Of a stretch of DNA of 64,000 nucleotides, positions 57,907 to 64,000 are shown piece after piece (within the stretch, counting starts at the first letter, position 1; the number at the start of each line of letters is the position of its first letter). A model generated the notes under the pieces. It saw only the letters and a list, made by a program, of their open reading frames with translations, had not been told where the DNA came from and did not search any database. Source of the stretch: Candidatus Micrarchaeota archaeon (GTDB lineage: Archaea > Micrarchaeota > Micrarchaeia > Norongarragalinales > Norongarragalinaceae); assembly GCA_016207165.1 (NCBI GenBank), contig JACQQD010000012.1:32001-96000 (forward strand), in the 5' to 3' direction. A program made the position numbers and the translations under genes.

Positions 57907-59284
57907 ACGTAACGCGTTTCTTGGCTTGGTGCGCCTGCGAGACGATGACTTGGCTTTCCAGAACGTCCAACTCCAACGTGGCCTCAGCGAAAAAGTCGGC
58001 CTCGTGTTCGCAGGACACAGCCAACGCTACGCTTGGGGACACGGCGTGCTGAACGCGGCTGGATAGGGCGGAGGCGGGCGCATCAAACACGGCCAGAACC
58101 GCGCCAGGATACGGCGGACTCTCAAGCGTCCGAAGCAGGGACAAGGCGAAAAGTTCCGCCACCGCCGGAGAGAGGCCCTGCAAGTCGACGTAATGCGCTT
58201 GGCCGAAGCCGGAAGACCACGGTTGCCTGAATTCATTGACGGGATTGGCGCCAAACGTGGAGGGAAACGCTTTCTGGATGACGCGCAAGGCGCGGAGGGT
58301 TTTTTGGATGGCGTACTGGGGCGTGTCGCGCGAGTCAGACATTTTCTCGATGCGTCCGACGAGGTCCTCCAAAGACGAGGCGTCCGCGTACACGCGGTCC
58401 AAAACCGGACGGACTTGGGCGTCGTTGACGCCCAACATGGTCGCAAACCAGTCTAAGTCCACGGCGCGCAAGTCGATGGACAAGCCCTTGCCGGGCACGT
58501 AGGCCTTGAAGGGAAACGGATGGGTTTGGGTTAAACCGAATTTCTCAAGGTCTTTAGGAGACGGATCGGTTTGCTGGAGTCCCGAGAAAACGCCGGAGCC
58601 ATCGAAAACTAGGACGGGAACTCCGGCGGACAGAACGCCTTCGGCCAAGGCTTGCAGGATCGGAAGCCGGTCGGCGTGCGTTTTCCCCAGCACTTTGGTG
58701 CGCAACAAGGCGGACACCGGCAAAAACACGCCCTGGTTGTCGGCGTCCAGACCCAAAAGCATGCGGCCAGCCTTGGAAGTCGCGGCAGGAGTGTGGTCTT
58801 TGGGGACGCCGGATAGGGCGAACAACGTCAGGGGGTCGCCAAAAAGAACATCCATTTCCGGGTCGCTGGCATGGGGTTCCCGTACCTGGAAGTCAAAGGT
58901 GGCCGCGGCGTCCATGACGATTTTCGTGGAGCCCTCCAGTTCCTGGTGCTGGCGCTGCAACGCCGAGACCAATTCGCTTTGGTTGTAGGGCACGTAGTAC
59001 GGCGTGGCCTCCAAAAGCAAAAACTTGGTTCGCTTGCCGGAAGCGATTTTCTCGATGAAGGTAATCTCTTTCTGCTGGGAAGTCGCAAACGCGTCGGTGC
59101 GGCCGTCCACCAAGAGCGGGCGCTTGAGTAAAACCAGGATGCCGTTGACTTTCTCGTCCGTCTTGTCAAAAACGGTGAGCATCACGAGGTTTTCCGCGTT
59201 GGTGTACACACTCACGGGGTGACCGGACCACTGGGCGGAGGCGATGCGGGACCAAGGCCCAAAAGGCAGGCTCACGTCAGACAT
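57842..59284 (-). CDS. HerA/DUF853-like ATPase-fold protein with degenerate Walker A
   Basis: VLGKTHADRL...QALAEGVLSAGVPVLVFDGSGVFSGL resembles the HerA-family segment that normally carries GxxGxGKS. Confidence 0.55.
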   Translation of the reverse strand: MSDVSLPFGPWSRIASAQWSGHPVSVYTNAENLVMLTVFDKTDEKVNGILVLLKRPLLVDGRTDAFATSQQKEITFIEKIASGKRTKFLLLEATPYYVPYNQSELVSALQRQHQELEGSTKIVMDAAATFDFQVREPHASDPEMDVLFGDPLTLFALSGVPKDHTPAATSKAGRMLLGLDADNQGVFLPVSALLRTKVLGKTHADRLPILQALAEGVLSAGVPVLVFDGSGVFSGLQQTDPSPKDLEKFGLTQTHPFPFKAYVPGKGLSIDLRAVDLDWFATMLGVNDAQVRPVLDRVYADASSLEDLVGRIEKMSDSRDTPQYAIQKTLRALRVIQKAFPSTFGANPVNEFRQPWSSGFGQAHYVDLQGLSPAVAELFALSLLRTLESPPYPGAVLAVFDAPASALSSRVQHAVSPSVALAVSCEHEADFFAEATLELDVLESQVIVSQAHQAKKRVTFRPLLSRFSRTSGLPPTPKPQ

Positions 59285-59340
59285 ACAGTCAAACAGCAAG
59301 GCGGGGAAATTAATAAACGCTTCAACGATGCAAGCAATAC

Positions 59341-59658
59341 GTGGACAAATACGCCAAGTTGCTGGCCAGCCTCGCCATTGACGCGCTGGGCTTCGTGGCC
59401 TTTGGGGCAACGGAGTTCGGCGACCTTTTATGGGCCCCCGTCTCCGCGCTTTGCATCGCGCTTTTGTACCACCGCGATTTTTACACGTTTTTGGGCTTTA
59501 CCGAAGAGATTCTACCCGGAGCCGACGTCGTGCCTACCGCCACCATCGCGTGGCTGGACGAGAACGGGTTCCTGAATATTTTCCACAAAAAGCAAACCTC
59601 CCATCGCCGAGAAGGGCCGCTTCACGGAAAAAACCGGACTATCACCCTGGCTGACTAA
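59341..59658 (+). CDS. Small membrane protein
   Basis: DLLWAPVS...EEILPGADVVPTATIAW; hydrophobic. Confidence 0.6.
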   Translation: MDKYAKLLASLAIDALGFVAFGATEFGDLLWAPVSALCIALLYHRDFYTFLGFTEEILPGADVVPTATIAWLDENGFLNIFHKKQTSHRREGPLHGKNRTITLAD

Positions 59659-59731
59659 AGAATAATTTTTATAAAAAATATTCCTATAAGAATATAGGGG
59701 CCTTTTTCTTTGCAAACCGCCACAGAACCAT

Positions 59732-59880
59732 CGGGGCGATGAGGACACTAATCCGGTCGCCCCAGGGGAACCCAGGTTCCCCTTGGCACGCCCTGCGCCT
59801 CGACCCCTCCTGACGCACGATTTCACAAGATACGTTCTTTAAGCACGAGCCAAAAATCAATACGGGGCGATGAGGACACT
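59732..59880 (+). repeat. 18-bp direct repeat CGGGGCGATGAGGACACT (59732-59749 and 59863-59880)
   Basis: Exact duplication in an intergenic region; the first copy is followed by hairpins. Confidence 0.8.
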
Positions 59881-59921
59881 GTCCCAGACCGAGTCAACAC
59901 TGTGACGACCAAGGTAGCTGC

Positions 59922-60599
59922 CTAGCCCCTTTTTTTCATTTCCGGAAGCCGAAGCGCATGGCCCAAAAGGGCTTGAACAATCTGGTTGCGCGCCAACTCA
60001 TCCAGCGGGTGGCCGTCGGGGTGCAACACAAGCGCGCTGCGGTCACTGAAACGGGACACGAAATCCAAAAACGCATGCCACGCGTTTACGGGCGTCGGAC
60101 CCGCGGCCAAGTCGGACTGGTAGTGGACGGGTAAGTGATGCGTGGCCATACGCCATTCGGACTCCGACCCATCGTAGGCGTTGGTTCGCTTCAGTGCTAC
60201 GACGACTTGGGCCACGTCGTTGTGGGGGTCAAACCCGCGTGCCTGGGGACTCCGTCGGGGGTGCCGGTATGCCAGCGTCAATTCGTAATCATCCAGTGAA
60301 GCCAATTTACCTTTGAACGTCCAGGCGCGAACGGAGTCGCCTTTTACGACGTTGGGAAACCAGTGGTAAATGGATTGAAAGCGGCTGTGGTGTAGGCGGG
60401 GCGGATCCCTCGGCCAGGTGCGGCGCAGGTTGTCCAAAAGGTCACCCAAATCGTAAAATCCGTCCATTTCCAGGGTCGCGGAAACGCGCGCGCGGGCATC
60501 GCGGTTAAGTCCATCCAGACGCGAAAGCCGACGGGCGCCGTCTGACAACCGCCCTTGATGAGATGCCGGCCTTGCTGCGGGACGCTCTTGGAAATCCAT
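59922..60599 (-). CDS. Hypothetical protein
   Basis: 225-aa Arg-rich ORF, no motif. Confidence 0.45.
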   Translation of the reverse strand: MDFQERPAARPASHQGRLSDGARRLSRLDGLNRDARARVSATLEMDGFYDLGDLLDNLRRTWPRDPPRLHHSRFQSIYHWFPNVVKGDSVRAWTFKGKLASLDDYELTLAYRHPRRSPQARGFDPHNDVAQVVVALKRTNAYDGSESEWRMATHHLPVHYQSDLAAGPTPVNAWHAFLDFVSRFSDRSALVLHPDGHPLDELARNQIVQALLGHALRLPEMKKRG

Positions 60600-60617
60600 A
60601 AACGAGTATACGGAAAC

Positions 60618-61307
60618 TTAGCGTTCGCGTTTTTTGTTCTTTCGCTTTTCGTCTTCGACGCACACCAGGCCCTGGACAATCAGGTTGCCCAAGGCGGTGG
60701 GCCGAACGGAAAGGCGTCCCTTGTGGCGTGCGACGTCCACCAAGCCCAAGGTGACCAAGCCCGGTTTTTGGTTGGAGCCGTGCACGTGGTACGTGACCAG
60801 CGGCAGACTCATGCTCAACGCCTTGGACATGGACTCCAGGGAATCCACGCCGCCGCGGCTGACCAGAAAGCGAAGCATCTCGGACTTGCGCTCCGACAAC
60901 GCATGATAATAGGAGAACTTCATGATGGGGTACGCGATGATGGCACCGTCAGACAGTCCAATGGCCTGCACCCCGTTGACAAACGCGGCGCTAAGCATGA
61001 TGCAGGAGCTTTGGTGGTCCGCGTCGACGTTCAAGATCAGCCGGTCGCCGCCGGCACCCTCGGAAAGACGCGCCACGGATTCGAAAACCGTTTCAAACGT
61101 CAGGCAATCCAGTCCAACCAAATCCGCCCGCACGTTGGATTGGGACAACGCCACTTGCAGTGACTCGGCTTTGCGTTGGTGGCGGGGTTCAAACAGCAAG
61201 ACGATTTTCCGGGAGGGAAAACGCTGCAACCCCAATTCCAGGACGTCCTTGACATCGGAATCCGGTCCCACCACTGCCACCATCACGTTGGCCATGTTTT
61301 GACCCAA
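60618..61307 (-). CDS. HFX_2341/DUF6293-like regulator (CARF-like N domain plus winged HTH)
   Basis: Rossmann-like N-terminus (VAVVG...KIVLL...LILNV), C-terminal wHTH (SLESMSKAL.MSLPLVTYHV...L..LGLV). Confidence 0.62.
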   Translation of the reverse strand: MGQNMANVMVAVVGPDSDVKDVLELGLQRFPSRKIVLLFEPRHQRKAESLQVALSQSNVRADLVGLDCLTFETVFESVARLSEGAGGDRLILNVDADHQSSCIMLSAAFVNGVQAIGLSDGAIIAYPIMKFSYYHALSERKSEMLRFLVSRGGVDSLESMSKALSMSLPLVTYHVHGSNQKPGLVTLGLVDVARHKGRLSVRPTALGNLIVQGLVCVEDEKRKNKKRER

Positions 61308-61397
61308 CGCAAAGCGACTATTAAAGTTTGGGTTTAACTTCAGGGATTGGCCTGAACTAGCAAACCGGCTTTAAGCAAGAAGATCCAAAACGGTTGT

Positions 61398-61961
61398 ATG
61401 GCCGTGGAATTGGACGCCAACGCCTTCAAAGCGTTGTCTTCCGAAAGGCGAGTGGAAATCCTCAAAGCGCTCTCCAAAAAACCCAGGAGTCTCACGTCCC
61501 TGGCGCACGAACTGAAGTTGAGCGTGCAGGCCACCGACGAGCACCTTCGCAAACTGGAGTCCGCGGGACTGGTGCAAAAAAGCAAGCACGCCAAGTGGAC
61601 GTATTACGCGCTTGACGCGAAAGGCGCCGCGCTTTTGGCCCCCAACCGCCAACCCGTGTACGTGCTGTTGAGCATTTCGATTCTGCTGTTGGCCGCCGCG
61701 GGCTTGACGTGGCTGGATGGCGACCGCCTCGTCGCATACGCGGCACAAACGGGTGTCGCGGAAAGCAAGGCCGTCGCCCAGGACGCCGAGCCGCTGGCCG
61801 CCGCGGCGCCGGCGGAAGCATCCGACGCACGCACGGCGGAAATCCAAGCCGAAAGCGCGCCGACGCCATCCGGTTTTCCGTGGGCGTACGCGCTGGGTTT
61901 TTCGGGCTTCGCGTTTTTGTTGGCGGCCGTCATCGCGTGGCACCGGCAGAACCAGAACTGA
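61398..61961 (+). CDS. ArsR-type winged HTH protein with two TM helices
   Basis: FKALSSERRVEILK, EHLRKLESAGLV, then two hydrophobic helices separated by an Ala-rich loop. Confidence 0.82.
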   Translation: MAVELDANAFKALSSERRVEILKALSKKPRSLTSLAHELKLSVQATDEHLRKLESAGLVQKSKHAKWTYYALDAKGAALLAPNRQPVYVLLSISILLLAAAGLTWLDGDRLVAYAAQTGVAESKAVAQDAEPLAAAAPAEASDARTAEIQAESAPTPSGFPWAYALGFSGFAFLLAAVIAWHRQNQN

Positions 61962-62028
61962 ACGCTTGGATTGAACCGTGGAAATGCCCTGGCCTTGGAT
62001 TTAAAAGTTCGGGTTACTAAGTCAAGGC

Positions 62029-63282
62029 ATGGTTGAAGTTGGCATATTCCTGATTGGGGCCATCATTTTCATCGGATTCGTCGGGACGTACTTGTTTGAA
62101 CGCACCAAGATTCCCGACGTGCTTTTGCTGATGGTCATCGGCATCCTGTTGGGGCCGGTGTTTCGCATCGTCGACGTGAACTTTTTGTTTCCGTTGGCGC
62201 CGTTTTTCGGGGCCGTGGCCCTCATCGTCATCTTGTTTGACGGCGGCCTGAACATGAACTTGTTCAAAGTCATCGGCGAATTGGCGCCGGCAACCGTGTT
62301 CACGGTCTTATGTTTTCTGGGTTGCGTGGCGGCTACGGGAGCCATTTTGACGTGGGGATTCGGGTGGAACGTGTGGCACGCGCTTTTGCTGGGAGTCATT
62401 TTGGGCGGAACCGCCAGCAACGTCGTCATTCCCATCGTATCGAAATTGACGGTTTCCGATGAAACCAAGACCATCCTGAGCTTGGAGTCGGCTTTGAACG
62501 ACACGCTGACCATCGTGGGCGCCATCGCGTTGGTGGAAGTCATCGCCACGAACTCCGTGGACGTGCAAAGCGTGTCAAACGCCATTTTGGGCGCGTTTTC
62601 CATTGCCGCGGTGGCCGGCGTGGTGGCCGGCCTTGCGTGGCTTAAATTTTTGGAGTACTTCCACGAGAAAAGCTTCGGCTACATGCTGACGTTGGCGGCG
62701 TTGTTCGTCCTTTACGCCGCGGTGGAGTCCGTGAAGGCCAACGGAGCCATTGCCGTGCTGGTGTTTGGGTTGATTTTGGGCAGCTCCAACCAGTTGATGC
62801 GCTTCATCGACGGCAAGAAAAAGCCGTTGGAAATGGAGGGACCCCTCAAGCGGTTCCACACCGAAATCTCGTTTTTCATCCGCACGTTCTTCTTCGTGTA
62901 CACCGGCATCCTGCTTGACTTGACGGCCATTACGGGGCCGGTGGCCGTGGTTTCCCTGGCGGTGCTGGTCGGCCTTTTCGCGTCCCGCCGGCTCGTCGTG
63001 GAACTGTTTTCCCGGTTTTCCAGAAGAATTGAACCTTACAAGATGCTCATGACCGTCATGATGCCCAGGGGTTTGGCCATGGCGGTGTTGATTTCCATTC
63101 CCAGTTCGCGGGGAATCCAGGTGCCGGGCTTTGAAGCCATCGGCCTCTTGATTCTGCTTTTGACCAACCTCTTGGCGACCGTGGGAATTTTTGCGTACGA
63201 ACGCGGCAAAGGACTGGCGCGGCCCGCGCTTTTCTCGGGCGCATCGCGTCCCCGCGTGCTGAGCCAACGGGTGAAGCGATAA
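62029..63282 (+). CDS. Cation:proton antiporter (CPA1, NhaP-like)
   Basis: LFDGG, LESALND, PRGLA. Confidence 0.88.
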   Translation: MVEVGIFLIGAIIFIGFVGTYLFERTKIPDVLLLMVIGILLGPVFRIVDVNFLFPLAPFFGAVALIVILFDGGLNMNLFKVIGELAPATVFTVLCFLGCVAATGAILTWGFGWNVWHALLLGVILGGTASNVVIPIVSKLTVSDETKTILSLESALNDTLTIVGAIALVEVIATNSVDVQSVSNAILGAFSIAAVAGVVAGLAWLKFLEYFHEKSFGYMLTLAALFVLYAAVESVKANGAIAVLVFGLILGSSNQLMRFIDGKKKPLEMEGPLKRFHTEISFFIRTFFFVYTGILLDLTAITGPVAVVSLAVLVGLFASRRLVVELFSRFSRRIEPYKMLMTVMMPRGLAMAVLISIPSSRGIQVPGFEAIGLLILLLTNLLATVGIFAYERGKGLARPALFSGASRPRVLSQRVKR

Positions 63283-64000
63283 ATGGCATCCCCTGGAGTT
63301 GACGTGTTATCCACCATCGAATTCCAGATCAGTTTGTTCTTGTTCGTGGCTTTGCTGGGGTACTTTATTTCCACGCGCATCGGACAAAGCGTGGTCATCG
63401 GCGAAATTTTCGTCGGCATCGTCGTGGGCCCAAGCATTTTAGGGTTGATCACGTACACGGACTTCATCCAGAATTTAGCGACGATGGGCGCCATCTTTTT
63501 GTTGTTCGTCGTCGGACTTCAAACCAAGTTCAAGGAAATCTACAACCTGCGCGCCATCGTGATTGCGTTAGTAGGAGTGGTGGTGCCGTGGATTGGCGGC
63601 TACGCCGTGGCGCAACTGTTCGGCTTTCCGGTGGGCCAAGCCATCTTCGTCGGAACCGCCATGACGGCCACATCCATCGCCATCACCGCGCAAGTGCTCA
63701 AAGAAATGGGTAAACTGGACACCCCGGCTGCCAACGCCATCATCGGCGCGGCCGTGATCGATGACGTGCTGGCGCTTTTGGCGCTGTCCCTCACCCGCGA
63801 GTTTTTGACCCACAGCATCGACGTGAACAGCATCGTAATCAGCATCGCCATCGCGTTTCTGTTCCTGTTTTTCGGAGTATTGCTTGGGACGCGCGTCATC
63901 AACCCGTATTTGGAGCGGTTTGACAAGTGGGCCAACAAGCACGGCGTGGAAAAAGCCACGTTTTTGGCCGCCATCGCCTTTGCCTTTGCGTATGCCTTGG
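63283..64000 (+). CDS. Cation:proton antiporter (CPA2, NapA/Kef-like), truncated by the window end
   Basis: GEIFVGIVVGPS, LFVVGL, ATSIAIT, AAVIDD; absent from the ORF track because it runs off the end. Confidence 0.85.
   Translation, partial: MASPGVDVLSTIEFQISLFLFVALLGYFISTRIGQSVVIGEIFVGIVVGPSILGLITYTDFIQNLATMGAIFLLFVVGLQTKFKEIYNLRAIVIALVGVVVPWIGGYAVAQLFGFPVGQAIFVGTAMTATSIAITAQVLKEMGKLDTPAANAIIGAAVIDDVLALLALSLTREFLTHSIDVNSIVISIAIAFLFLFFGVLLGTRVINPYLERFDKWANKHGVEKATFLAAIAFAFAYAL

Noticed and set aside
59732-59800. Fluoride riboswitch or hammerhead ribozyme
   Set aside because: GGCGATG resembles the crcB-motif 5' end, but the downstream UGAUGAC element and a regulated downstream gene are missing; no hammerhead CUGAUGA...GAAA core.

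Overview
Chromosomal window from an archaeon. Archaeal markers are AglB/STT3, an AglH-like phosphotransferase, NucS/EndoMS, aCPSF1/FttA next to proteasome beta, a DRG GTPase, TATA-type promoters and an intron-containing tRNA-Leu(CAA). The gene content and many orphan ORFs suggest a DPANN-type lineage such as Micrarchaeota; that placement is inference. Positions 1-20.3 kb form an N-glycosylation/surface-glycan cluster with carbamoyltransferase, aminotransferase, flippase, AglXYZ-like amidine modification genes, AglB, AsnB-like amidotransferase and AglH. Downstream are a split class III ribonucleotide reductase with tandem NrdR-like boxes, a bacterial-type panB/ilvC/panC cluster interleaved with PIN toxin-antitoxin genes, a metal/redox module, a full non-oxidative pentose phosphate pathway, housekeeping genes and antiporters. 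The strongest non-obvious signal is a 20-bp palindrome (consensus ATGTAAAG-N4-CTTTACAT), found nine times by eye. Copies occupy four promoter regions of the glycosylation cluster, overlap the start codon of a small XRE-HTH gene with a DUF2178-like membrane partner about 36 kb away, and sit beside a structured ~85-nt candidate RNA. This points to a candidate transcriptional regulon for archaeal glycan modification. A family of TA-flanked double-hairpin MITE-like repeats is also present. All calls come from reading the sequence and motifs; no database searches were run.
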